NCBI GenBank assembly: GCA_965224255.1
Contig: CBDCYO010000005.1
Location: 963,223-1,027,222, forward strand
Direction: 5' to 3'
Origin: Dehalococcoidia bacterium
GTDB taxonomy: Bacteria; Chloroflexota; Dehalococcoidia; UBA6926
DNA: 64,000 bases
The notes under the pieces are model-generated. The model was given only the letters and a program-made list of their open reading frames with translations, was not told the DNA's origin and did not search any database. The position numbers and the translations under genes are program-made. Positions 29,021 through 37,920 of this stretch are shown piece after piece (position 1 is the first letter of the stretch; the number at the start of each line of letters is the position of its first letter).

Positions 29021-29758
29021 CTAGTGAGCCACTGTGACCATCTCATCTGAGGCGGCTTTCGACGTCGCGACGCCTTTGAGATACCGGACGTTGGGCTCGG
29101 TTCCAATGGCTTCCTGCAGCTTGTACGCGCGGGATTCATCGGCAAAAAGTTGAGAGACGCGGCTGTCCGGATCATTCAGGTTGCCAAACGTCAACGCATC
29201 GGCTGGGCAAGCCTGCTCACAGGCCGTCATGAAGTGGTCAGGGGCGTACGTGCCTGTCCGCTTGGCGATGCGAACAGAGGCGTTGATGCGCTGTATGCAG
29301 AAGGTGCACTTCTCCATGATTCCGCGCTCACGGACTGTAACATCCGGGTTCAGATAGTTGTGGAACGTCTCCGGCCAGACAGGGCGGCGGTAGTTGAAGA
29401 ATCGCGCATGGTAGGGGCAGTTGTTGGCGCAATAGCGCGTGCCGACACAGCGGTTGTAGACTTGGACGTTGAGCCCGGCGGGGTTGTGGTACGTCGCGTA
29501 GACAGGGCACACGGGCTCGCACGGGGCATTGCCGCAATGCTGGCAGAGGACCGGCAGGAAATGCGCCTTGACGTTCGGGTACTCACCTTCCCAATAACGC
29601 TCGATCCGTATCCAGGCAATGGCGCGGCGCTCAGTGAAATCACGCTCCAGGTTGATGGGCAGGTTGTTCTCCGCGGCGCAGGCAATCACGCACGCCTGGC
29701 AACCCGTGCAGGCGTCGATATCGACTGCCATGCCCCACTTGTAGTTCCCCATTGTCAT
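29021..29758 (-). CDS. actB: Alternative complex III iron-sulfur subunit ActB2 (4Fe-4S ferredoxin domain), separate ORF
   Basis: CTGCQACVIAC, CNRCVGTRYCANNCP, CTFC ... C cysteine clusters. Start at MTMGNYKWG (ATG 29758) with GGGAGAG RBS; 28 nt after the ActB1 stop, different frame. Confidence 0.8.
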   Translation of the reverse strand: MTMGNYKWGMAVDIDACTGCQACVIACAAENNLPINLERDFTERRAIAWIRIERYWEGEYPNVKAHFLPVLCQHCGNAPCEPVCPVYATYHNPAGLNVQVYNRCVGTRYCANNCPYHARFFNYRRPVWPETFHNYLNPDVTVRERGIMEKCTFCIQRINASVRIAKRTGTYAPDHFMTACEQACPADALTFGNLNDPDSRVSQLFADESRAYKLQEAIGTEPNVRYLKGVATSKAASDEMVTVAH

Positions 29759-29786
29759 CGTGCTACTCTCCCGTCGCCCTTCCAGA

Positions 29787-32039
29787 CTAGGTGTGCTCCA
29801 GTTGGATGATTGATGTGCCCTCAAGTTGCTGACCAGTGAAACCGCCTTCCATGCGTGCCATCCGCATACGGCGGCCAAGCGGGCGAATGGTCACCGTTGT
29901 GGCGCCCCACGCCTGCGCCCCTGTGCCTTCAACCTCAACGTCGTCCAGCACCGTCATGACGTTGCCGCTGGCATTATCGCCATACCGTCCTGAGAGCGCC
30001 CGTCCACGTCCGAACGGCACGGCAACGACGTTTGGCGGGATGCCGGGGTGGAAATAAACCGGAACCTCGACCGCTCCGTTCTCAGACTCCAGCTCCACCA
30101 GATCCCCGTCACGCAGGCCACGGCGTGCCGCCTCACGGCTGTTCACTTCAACCCAGCTGTGCCAGACCACTGACGTAACCGGGTCAGGCGCGGACTGTGC
30201 CCATGGCAGATGGCCAAGGCTTCCGTCCCCGACTGTCGAGCTTGCAAAGGGAATCAGATGATAGCGGTCTGTGTGCTCGGCGATCCTCTCCGGCAGCTCA
30301 GCCAGCCCTGGACTGAGGTCGAATTCTCCCCGCTCCCAAAGGGTGACACCGCGTCCCCCGATATTCCACCATCCGCCGCGCTGAAGGACGCCGGTCGTCA
30401 GTGCCGCCGTCGTTGAGCCCTGCACTGACCCGCGGCCGCGATGTGTGGCGTGCAAATCCGCAAGCGCATTGAGGACGACCTGCTCCATCGTGTCGCCACG
30501 CGTCCTGCGGCTGATGCCACGGGATTGCATGATGGAGATCAGAACGTCTCCAAGGGCGCGTGAATCGTACACTGCCCGGCGTGAGTCATCCAGCAAGGGC
30601 GCTGCCACAGGCTGCTGTACAGTTAGTACCTCGTAGCCAGGACCGGGGTCCGGAACGTCGGTGTTCCAGGATTCCAAATAGTGTTGGCCAGGCAGCACCA
30701 GATTCGCCATCGCCGTTGTTTCGTTTGGTTCACATGAGAAGCTCACCACGTTTCGAGCACGGCTGAGCGCTTGGCCAAACGTGATATTCGCAAGCGCGTG
30801 CACCGGGTTCGCGCCGTCAACGAGGACGAGGTCGATATCGCCCTGGGCAAGCAGGTTGCGCACCGCACGCCACTCTGCATACGTGGTCACCCCCGGCAAT
30901 CCGCTCAGCTCCGGCAGTGTTGGCCGCGTATTGAACTGCACGCCGCCGCGCCGCCCCACGCTACCGAAGACGCCATTCAGAACAAAGCCGGCCCGCGCGT
31001 TGAACAGGCCGTTGGGCTGGGCCGCGGCGGAGCCGCCAACCAAGACGACAGTCGGGCCATGTGCCGCGAGGTCCCGCGCGATGTCCGTGATCATCTGGCC
31101 AGTGATGACTCCGGGCGTTGCGCCGAGCTGATCGGCAATAGCCTCGGGACGGTAGGCTGCGAGAGCAACTTCTCCCTGGCCGCCGGTCATTGCGTCGACC
31201 GTTGTCGCGTCGGCCAGCCCCTCGTGCGCAAGCACGTAGGCAATGCTGAGCGCCAACACGCCCTCACGCCCCGGTGCAATGGGGAGCCACGTATCCGCAT
31301 TTGCCGCGGTCATGGAGTAGCGGGTGCTGGCATGGACGTGCGTTCCACGGCTCCTATCTGCGCCACGCCGGAAATGGCCGTAGGCACGGCTGTAGTGAAT
31401 CGGCGCGAGCCAGGATTCAAGGAAGTCTGCACCAATTGAGAGCACCGAGCCAGCATTCGCAATATCGAAGAAGGGGAACCGTTCCTGCCCGAAGACATCT
31501 CCGGCGGCCTGCCGTACCACGGTGTTCTCCAGTGGCTCCAGTTGGAGGTGACGTATACCCAGGCCCTGCGCAAAATCGTTAATGACAACCCCGAGATGGC
31601 CTCGGTTCGGCCGCGTGATGAGCAAGGTTCTCGCCCGATCCGAGCCGTCTAGCAACCCGTTCAGGCGTGCCAGACCATCGGCCCACGAAATACTTTGACC
31701 ATTTGCCATTGGACCGCCGTACCTGTCCGGGTGATAGAGCGACTGCACGCCCGCGAGGCACCCGGGTAGGAGACGCCCACGATTGAGGGGGTGATCCGGG
31801 TTGCCTTCTATCTTCTTGGCGCGGCCCTCAGCAACACGCACGAGAATGCCGTGTCCCTCACCGCACGCGGCGCACGCCGTGGCGTACATGTCCTCAAGTC
31901 CCTGAGCGAGATCCTCCGGCAGGTCACGCGGGCTCTGCTTGATGATTTCCCGTTCCGGGATGGCGCATCCAGCAAAGAGCACACCGGCCACGGATGTGGC
32001 TCCCGCTACCCGCAGAAAGTCCCGTCTCGTCAGATCCAT
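29787..32039 (-). CDS. actB: Alternative complex III molybdopterin-oxidoreductase-like subunit ActB1 with Tat signal
   Basis: Twin-arginine signal MDLTRRDFLRVAGATSVAGVLFAG; large molybdopterin-oxidoreductase-like domain. Start placed at MDLTRRDF (ATG 32039-32037) rather than the overlapping track start at 32327. Confidence 0.8.
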   Translation of the reverse strand: MDLTRRDFLRVAGATSVAGVLFAGCAIPEREIIKQSPRDLPEDLAQGLEDMYATACAACGEGHGILVRVAEGRAKKIEGNPDHPLNRGRLLPGCLAGVQSLYHPDRYGGPMANGQSISWADGLARLNGLLDGSDRARTLLITRPNRGHLGVVINDFAQGLGIRHLQLEPLENTVVRQAAGDVFGQERFPFFDIANAGSVLSIGADFLESWLAPIHYSRAYGHFRRGADRSRGTHVHASTRYSMTAANADTWLPIAPGREGVLALSIAYVLAHEGLADATTVDAMTGGQGEVALAAYRPEAIADQLGATPGVITGQMITDIARDLAAHGPTVVLVGGSAAAQPNGLFNARAGFVLNGVFGSVGRRGGVQFNTRPTLPELSGLPGVTTYAEWRAVRNLLAQGDIDLVLVDGANPVHALANITFGQALSRARNVVSFSCEPNETTAMANLVLPGQHYLESWNTDVPDPGPGYEVLTVQQPVAAPLLDDSRRAVYDSRALGDVLISIMQSRGISRRTRGDTMEQVVLNALADLHATHRGRGSVQGSTTAALTTGVLQRGGWWNIGGRGVTLWERGEFDLSPGLAELPERIAEHTDRYHLIPFASSTVGDGSLGHLPWAQSAPDPVTSVVWHSWVEVNSREAARRGLRDGDLVELESENGAVEVPVYFHPGIPPNVVAVPFGRGRALSGRYGDNASGNVMTVLDDVEVEGTGAQAWGATTVTIRPLGRRMRMARMEGGFTGQQLEGTSIIQLEHT

Positions 32040-32070
32040 CCGTATTGTCCGTCCCGATTCCTCTCCACCT

Positions 32071-32613
32071 TCATGAGTGACACGTAGAGCATGTCGTGGG
32101 CGCGCTGTTTTCTTTGTGACAACCGACGCAGTCGCCCATCCTGAGTATCCGAACTTGCTCAACCTGCTGCATGCTCCCCACGTCACCATGGCACTCTGAG
32201 CAATCGAATCCCGCCGTGATATGGGGCTCATGGCGAAACTGTGTGTGGTCAGGAAGGCGATGCTGCCGCACCCAGTTGAGCGGCTGGCCAGACTCCCATG
32301 CTGCCCGCAGTGGAGCAAGTCGTTCATTCGATGTCGCGACGGCCTTGTGGCAGAACATGCATTGCTCCACAGACGGCACGCTCGCCGTCCGTGATATATC
32401 GGCCGCGCGGTGGCAGAACGTGCATTCCATGCCCAGCGATGTCACGTGCTGCGCGTGCGGGAACTCCATCTCATTCTCCGGCATTGGGTACACTGCGCCG
32501 AACACGGCCGTTCCGCCGGAAAAGGCGACGACTCCGAGAACAACCAACAAGAGCGGAATGGCAATAAGGACTCCGATGAGTCGCAGTGGGAGTGTCCCTA
32601 CACGCTGTCGCAT
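32071..32613 (-). CDS. actA: Alternative complex III pentahaem cytochrome c subunit ActA
   Basis: Five CxxCH motifs (CTFCH, CMFCH, CSECH, CVGCH, CSTCH) after an N-terminal TM anchor. Confidence 0.85.
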   Translation of the reverse strand: MRQRVGTLPLRLIGVLIAIPLLLVVLGVVAFSGGTAVFGAVYPMPENEMEFPHAQHVTSLGMECTFCHRAADISRTASVPSVEQCMFCHKAVATSNERLAPLRAAWESGQPLNWVRQHRLPDHTQFRHEPHITAGFDCSECHGDVGSMQQVEQVRILRMGDCVGCHKENSAPTTCSTCHS

Positions 32614-32631
32614 GTCCCGCCAATCCCCGTC

Positions 32632-32931
32632 CTAGATCCAGACCTTCGTATAGATGGTCCGGAGGACCTCAGACTCGGTCAGAAATCCATAGAAGGCAAA
32701 GAAAGCTATCGCTGCGGCCACGGCTGCCGCCCCGTAGAAAATCGGCCGAAAACGTACGACTTGCGGCCCGATGTGGCCGGTGGTAGCGAGTGACGGAATA
32801 ATGGCATGCGCAACCAGAAGGGAAAGTGCCATGGTGATGACAGCCAGCCACAGGAGCCACAGGTACCCCAGAGTGGCCTGAACCTGGTCCCAATCGGCAG
32901 ACGTCAACGGCTGCGGATCGATTTCAGTCAC
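32632..32931 (-). CDS. Small two-TM membrane protein, first gene of the act cluster (function unknown)
   Basis: 99 aa with two hydrophobic helices; stop 19 nt upstream of the actA start on the same strand; preceded by a ~150-bp intergenic region. Confidence 0.45.
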   Translation of the reverse strand: MTEIDPQPLTSADWDQVQATLGYLWLLWLAVITMALSLLVAHAIIPSLATTGHIGPQVVRFRPIFYGAAAVAAAIAFFAFYGFLTESEVLRTIYTKVWI

Positions 32932-33088
32932 GAATCGGGCGCTCCTTTGAGAGGAGAGTAGCGATCATATCAATTGGAAACGGTACACTCCGCCGAGAGG
33001 GACTGTCAATCCCCTTTTCGGGAGTTTCAAGAGCCGTGAATGACGTGCCCTCCATGTGAATGGCCATCACTGCGATTTGTGCCTTAAA

Positions 33089-33427
33089 TCACACATAGAC
33101 ACCCATCGCCGTGCCGCCCAGGAGATGAAGATGTCCATGCGCGACGGTTTGCAGCGCGTCATGACCAAAATTGGAAAGCAGGCGGAATCCGCCCGGCGCG
33201 TGCTGGTTGCCGAGCTCGACTGCCAGCGCAGCCGCGCGGCCCATATCCTCCAGCCAGAACTCCTCCTGTGTCTTGTGCGCCTTCGGGACGATGAGCAGCA
33301 TCACAGGAAGCCACCGCAGACGATTGCGGAAGGCGACGAAGTGCTCATCCTCATGCCACACGTCCGCGGGCTCACGGCCAGCAATGATTTCGCAGAAAAT
33401 GCAGGGGGATCGGAGGGGATTCGTCAT
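33089..33427 (-). CDS. HIT-family (histidine triad) nucleotide hydrolase
   Basis: HGHLHLLGG histidine-triad motif near C-terminus; N-terminal CIFCEII. Start overlaps upstream stop (ATGA). Confidence 0.8.
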   Translation of the reverse strand: MTNPLRSPCIFCEIIAGREPADVWHEDEHFVAFRNRLRWLPVMLLIVPKAHKTQEEFWLEDMGRAAALAVELGNQHAPGGFRLLSNFGHDALQTVAHGHLHLLGGTAMGVYV

Positions 33428-34884
33428 TGGCCACGGTAGCCGCGGCCCCGGCGGGGCTCCTCGAGGGGCTGTGTCATGCCGCGACGGAGCAGATAGTTGG
33501 GAACGTCAATGTGGAAGGCAATGCTGAATCGCGGATCGGCGAGGCGTGATGCGACGCGCGGCTCATCTTGCGCCAGCTCATCCAGCGAAATATTCATCGT
33601 CACGACGGTTGGAAGCCGTGCGTTGTACCGATAGTTGATGATCTGGAACAGCTTTTCCTGCGCCCAAGGCGTCGTCGCATGCGCGGCCAGATCGTCCAGC
33701 GCCAACAGCGGCACCGTGCGCACGCCCTCAAACAACTCATCGTATGAGACGTCACTTTGTGGACCGAATGTATATCGCAGATGGTCAAGCAGGTCCGGCA
33801 CGACAACGAAGAGTGTTTCCAGTCCGTTGGCACGGCAGTGGTTGGCGATGGCGACGGCAAGGTGGGTTTTGCCAACGCCATTGTCCCCCGTGAAGACCAA
33901 CCAGCCGTCCGGTTGCTGCGCGAATGCCTGTGCCGTTTTGAGGGCTCCCTGGACGCTCTGCCGTTGATGACCTGTCAACTTGTCATACGGTCGGGAATCA
34001 AAGCTCTCAAAAGTCATTTCATTGAAGCGGGGTAGATCAAGCGCGTCTGTCGCGTGGAGACTGCTGGTCATTGTCCCCGTCGTGAGCACCGTCGCCAGGC
34101 CCGGATCCGTGAGCCTGCTGAGGACGTGTGGCTCCATTTCCCCCAGCGGTTTGCTCAACGTGACGATGGTCGGCCGGCGCTCGACGAAGCGTTGATTCAG
34201 AACCTGGAACAGCTTTTCCTGTGCCCATTGCGTGGATGCATGAGCGCCGAGATCGTCGAGAATGAGAAGAGGCGCCCCCTTCACCTGTTCGAAGAGGGAA
34301 TCAAAGGGGGCTTCGGCATCGGGCGCGTAGGCAGCACGAAGGTAGTCGAGGAAGTCCGGCACGGATACGAGCAGGGCCGGATCTCCGCGGTTAATAACCG
34401 CATTGGCAACGGCCGCGGCTATTCGGGTCTTGCCGCTTCCAGACGGCCCGTGCAGGACGAGCCAGCCGTCCGGATCGGCGGCGTATTGTTGCGCATACGC
34501 AAGCGCCTCCCTGTACGAACTTTGGCCGGACATGGCAGGCGATTCACCGAGTGTGGCCTCGATAGACTCAAATGTGATGCGCGCGTACGGCTCAAGCTGC
34601 CCGTACCGCTGTAGCCGCTGGAATCGTTCCCGCGTGAGGTCCTCCCGACGACAGACGCACGGAACGAGTTTGCCGAACTCAGGGTCACTAAGCGGCAGTT
34701 CATGGCTAACCCACCCGAGGCCGTCGCACACGGCGCACCGTGCACCGCCCGGAGCAGGATTGGCTGCGGAAGTGCCGACCGGGGGCGCCTCCGTGCGTAC
34801 AGCGGCATCAGCGCCAGCGGACGATTTTGCCGTACTTTCCCTCACGGTAGCGATCCTTTGCAGGGCGTCGCTGAGTCGTTCCAT
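33424..34884 (-). CDS. Helicase-loader-like protein with tandemly duplicated DnaC/DnaI (IstB-like) AAA+ domains and N-terminal Cys cluster
   Basis: Two complete AAA+ modules, each with Walker A (GPSGSGKT; GDNGVGKT) and Walker B (LLILDDLG; LLALDDLA), each followed by WAQEKLFQ. N-terminal CAVCDGLGW ... PCVCRR zinc-binding-like region. Start possibly downstream; the track ORF overlaps the upstream gene by 77 nt. Confidence 0.65.
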   Translation of the reverse strand: MERLSDALQRIATVRESTAKSSAGADAAVRTEAPPVGTSAANPAPGGARCAVCDGLGWVSHELPLSDPEFGKLVPCVCRREDLTRERFQRLQRYGQLEPYARITFESIEATLGESPAMSGQSSYREALAYAQQYAADPDGWLVLHGPSGSGKTRIAAAVANAVINRGDPALLVSVPDFLDYLRAAYAPDAEAPFDSLFEQVKGAPLLILDDLGAHASTQWAQEKLFQVLNQRFVERRPTIVTLSKPLGEMEPHVLSRLTDPGLATVLTTGTMTSSLHATDALDLPRFNEMTFESFDSRPYDKLTGHQRQSVQGALKTAQAFAQQPDGWLVFTGDNGVGKTHLAVAIANHCRANGLETLFVVVPDLLDHLRYTFGPQSDVSYDELFEGVRTVPLLALDDLAAHATTPWAQEKLFQIINYRYNARLPTVVTMNISLDELAQDEPRVASRLADPRFSIAFHIDVPNYLLRRGMTQPLEEPRRGRGYRGQ

Positions 34885-35563
34885 CCCCTACTCCCCTATC
34901 CCTCCGGTTTCGGAGGATTGCGCGGACATACGCCCACCGCCGCACGTTCTGCGCAGCGGCCTCATGAAAGGCTTCACGAATCAAGGAGGCCGGGTACTCC
35001 ACCTCCGCCTCTTTGAGCTCCTCTGCGATGCCCGCCCCCGGCAGCGGCCCGATGGTGTCCTCGTACAGGCGAAAGATCTCGCCCGGTTGGGTTACGGGCT
35101 CTTCCGTGTCGCTGCGTGACGGCACCGGTGAGAGTTCAGTGCCTCCCGCGCTGACGCGTTCGGCAGCCCGTCTCCCCTCCGCATCGTTCATAAAATATGC
35201 CACGTTGTCGTCGGCAAGCGATACCTCCACGCAGACACCCGCTTTCACGAATGCAGCCATCACACGCTCGATGATCTCTTGCCGGCTCTCAGGTGATTCA
35301 GGCTCCTGGCCATTCACGGACTCGGTGAGCGTGCCAAGTTCCGGCGCGGCGGCGAGATCACGAGCGGTGACGGATCTGATGGCGCCTTTGCGGTGACGGA
35401 TGCGTCTGAGCGCGACAAGAAAGAGCTTAATTTCCGCGAGGCGTGTCAGGTGCGGCAAGATCTCAGCAAAGAACGCCTCAGGCACTGGGGTTGCCTGCGT
35501 TGACGTGGGGAATCCTGCAAACGTCTCGTGCTCACGCATCGTCACAGATCCCGTCCGCCGCAT
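34808..35563 (-). CDS. DnaD-like replication initiation/helicase-loading protein (DnaD C-terminal domain)
   Basis: C-terminal IFRLYEDTIGPLPGAGIAEELKEAEVEYPASLIREAFHEAAAQNVRRWAYVRAILRNR resembles the DnaD domain (xRxWxYVxxIL motif); N-terminal winged-helix-like region. Confidence 0.6.
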   Translation of the reverse strand: MRRTGSVTMREHETFAGFPTSTQATPVPEAFFAEILPHLTRLAEIKLFLVALRRIRHRKGAIRSVTARDLAAAPELGTLTESVNGQEPESPESRQEIIERVMAAFVKAGVCVEVSLADDNVAYFMNDAEGRRAAERVSAGGTELSPVPSRSDTEEPVTQPGEIFRLYEDTIGPLPGAGIAEELKEAEVEYPASLIREAFHEAAAQNVRRWAYVRAILRNRRDRGVGDGTTQRRPAKDRYREGKYGKIVRWR

Positions 35564-35603
35564 GGAGGATGTGTGTCTCTTTCATCTTGGCCATAGCCGT
35601 CCG

Positions 35604-36995
35604 CTAGTAGCCGTCAGAGACGGCGCTGCCGCCCGCTCGTGCCGCGCTGCGAAACGTCGTCGTCTGTTCTTCAAAGACGACCTGCATTCGGCCGGTCGGA
35701 CCATTGCGGTGCTTTGCAATGATGATGTCCGCGATTCCGCGGGGGTATTCCTGGTCCGGATGCTGTCGTTCCCATTCCTCGCCGGTGTAAATCATGTCTG
35801 CGCGATAGAGGAAGAGGACGACGTCCGCATCCTGTTCAATGGCGCCGCTCTCGCGAAGGTCAGAGAGGAAGGGTTCATGGCGGGGGCGGTTCTCCACCGC
35901 GCGAGACAGCTGGGAAAGCGCGAGAACGGGGACGTTCAGATCGCGCGCGAGCGCCTTGAGTGAGCGCGAGATTTCGCTGATTTCCTGCACGCGGTTACCA
36001 GGAAAGTTTGCCCCCGTCATCAACTGGAGATAATCGACGACGATGAGATCGAGCCCTTCGTCCAGAGAAAGCCGCCTCGCTTTCGAGCGCAGCTCGATAA
36101 TCCCAAGAGTGACCGAGTCATCTATGTACAATGGCAGGTCCGCGAGACGCCCGACGGCGTTCATGATTGCGCTCTCTTCATAATCGGTCCAGATCCGACT
36201 GCGAATCCGTGTGGAGTTGATGCCGGACTCGCCGGCCAGTAGGCGCTCAATGACCTGCTCCGCTGCCATTTCCAGACTGAAGAGCGCGACGATGCGGCGA
36301 CGCCCATCGTCGCGGGACGTTCTGGCAGCCTGCTTGGCGACATTGAGCGCAAAGGCGCTCTTGCCGACACCCGGTCGCGCCGCAAGGATGAGCAGGTCAG
36401 AGGGCTGAAAGCCGCCGCCAAGCTGCCGATCCAGATCAACAAACCCACTTGCGACACCCGCACTGGCGCCCGTGAGGGCCTGTTCACTCTCTTCAATGTA
36501 TCTCCCCAGCACATCGCGCAGGGGCTCAAGATCGCGCGTCGATTGACCAAGCCGCATGCGATAGAGGAGCTCTTCCGCCTTGCGGAGGGCTTCCTCTTCA
36601 TCTTCTTCTGCGCGTGTGCCAATATCCGCGATCTGTGCGCCCGCCGCGATGAGTTGCCGATGGATGGAGAGGCGACGGACGACACGCGCGAAGTTATCGA
36701 CGTAGACCGATGTGGGGACGACTGCGATCAGGTGACTGAGGAAGGGCAGCCCGCCAACCTCATCCAGTCGCTGATGACGGGCCAGTTCATCTGCGACGCT
36801 AATTTGGCTGATGGGGTCGTTGCGAAGAAAAAGGGCAACGCAGGCCTCATAGACCCACGCGTGCTTTTGGCGGAAGAAATCAGATTCCTGCAGAATAATC
36901 TGCACACCGGAGACGGCCTCGCCGTCAATCAGCATGGAACCGAGGACGGCCTCCTCAGCTTCGTCATCGTGCGGTGGTAGCTGTTCGGTGTACAC
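35604..36995 (-). CDS. dnaB: Replicative DNA helicase DnaB
   Basis: LPPHDDEAEEAVLGSMLID N-terminus, Walker A GARPGVGKSAFALN, RecA-like C-terminal domain. Confidence 0.9.
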   Translation of the reverse strand: MYTEQLPPHDDEAEEAVLGSMLIDGEAVSGVQIILQESDFFRQKHAWVYEACVALFLRNDPISQISVADELARHQRLDEVGGLPFLSHLIAVVPTSVYVDNFARVVRRLSIHRQLIAAGAQIADIGTRAEEDEEEALRKAEELLYRMRLGQSTRDLEPLRDVLGRYIEESEQALTGASAGVASGFVDLDRQLGGGFQPSDLLILAARPGVGKSAFALNVAKQAARTSRDDGRRRIVALFSLEMAAEQVIERLLAGESGINSTRIRSRIWTDYEESAIMNAVGRLADLPLYIDDSVTLGIIELRSKARRLSLDEGLDLIVVDYLQLMTGANFPGNRVQEISEISRSLKALARDLNVPVLALSQLSRAVENRPRHEPFLSDLRESGAIEQDADVVLFLYRADMIYTGEEWERQHPDQEYPRGIADIIIAKHRNGPTGRMQVVFEEQTTTFRSAARAGGSAVSDGY

Positions 36996-37058
36996 AAACC
37001 ACCCGGGGTTCGTCCGTATTGGGGGACAGTGCTCCCCACAGACGGATTCCCGAGAATC

Positions 37059-37721
37059 CTACTCCTGCTTGTCATCCTCTTCCGATACGTCGGCGTCTCC
37101 GTCGGTCTCAACAGCGGCGGTGGTCGCTTCCTCTTCTTCGGTCTCTTCGGGCTCGGTCTCTTCGGGCGTCGTGTCCACGGTGAGCCCCGTATCAGCTTCC
37201 GCGAGTGTCTCGCCCTCGCCCCCAGCCTCAGCGTCCTCCGCAGCGATTTCCTCGTCGGGGGACGGCGGTTCCGTGCCCTCGGCGTAGATGGTAATCGTTA
37301 TGGTCGGGATGATATCCGGCGCGAGGCGCACCGTTGTGCGATGGTGACCAAGTTCACGAATGGGTTGTGCCAATGGGATGGCGCGGCGGTCGATCTCAAT
37401 ACCCATCGCCTCATTGACAGCCGCCGCGATCTCCGTGGCCGTTATGCTGCCGTACAGACGGCCACCTGGCCCAACGCGGACTGGGAAGAGCATGCGCTCG
37501 CCATCAAGCCGCTCGCCGACGCTCTCCATCTCAAGGTTTAGTTTGGTCCGCCTGTCAATCTCAGCGCGCTTGCGGGCGTCGGCCCGTGCCAACTCATGCG
37601 GCGTCGCTAAGACTGCCAACCCTTTGGGAATTAGATAGTTGCGGGCGTATCCATCCTTGACATCGCGCACGTCGCCGGTGATGCCCAGCCCCGGCGCCTC
37701 ATCGATCAGGACTACTTTCAT
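37059..37721 (-). CDS. rplI: 50S ribosomal protein L9 with long acidic C-terminal extension
   Basis: MKVVLIDEAPGLGITGDVRDVKDGYARNYLIPKGLA is the canonical L9 N-terminus; Glu/Asp/Thr-rich tail. Confidence 0.85.
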   Translation of the reverse strand: MKVVLIDEAPGLGITGDVRDVKDGYARNYLIPKGLAVLATPHELARADARKRAEIDRRTKLNLEMESVGERLDGERMLFPVRVGPGGRLYGSITATEIAAAVNEAMGIEIDRRAIPLAQPIRELGHHRTTVRLAPDIIPTITITIYAEGTEPPSPDEEIAAEDAEAGGEGETLAEADTGLTVDTTPEETEPEETEEEEATTAAVETDGDADVSEEDDKQE

Positions 37722-37920
37722 TACACTCCCCTATTTGTCAGAATAGAACGCGTGTTCCATTACGTCAAGTTGCATTGTGAACCCGGTGCGTTGAAGCATC
37801 CCCCCTCACGGCCGGACAGTTCAGAGTAGCGGGCTCATAACAGCGTTCGCAAGAGGCAGACAGTTGAGCCTGTGGGGACGGCTCCGGAGGGTTGGCACGC
37901 TGTAAATGGGACTTGCGGCT

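Noticed and set aside
32071-32327. Apparent 257-nt overlap between the actA and actB1 ORFs
   Set aside because: Resolved by choosing the Tat-signal methionine (MDLTRRDFL, ATG 32039) as the ActB1 start, which leaves a 31-nt gap. The upstream in-frame extension has no homology.
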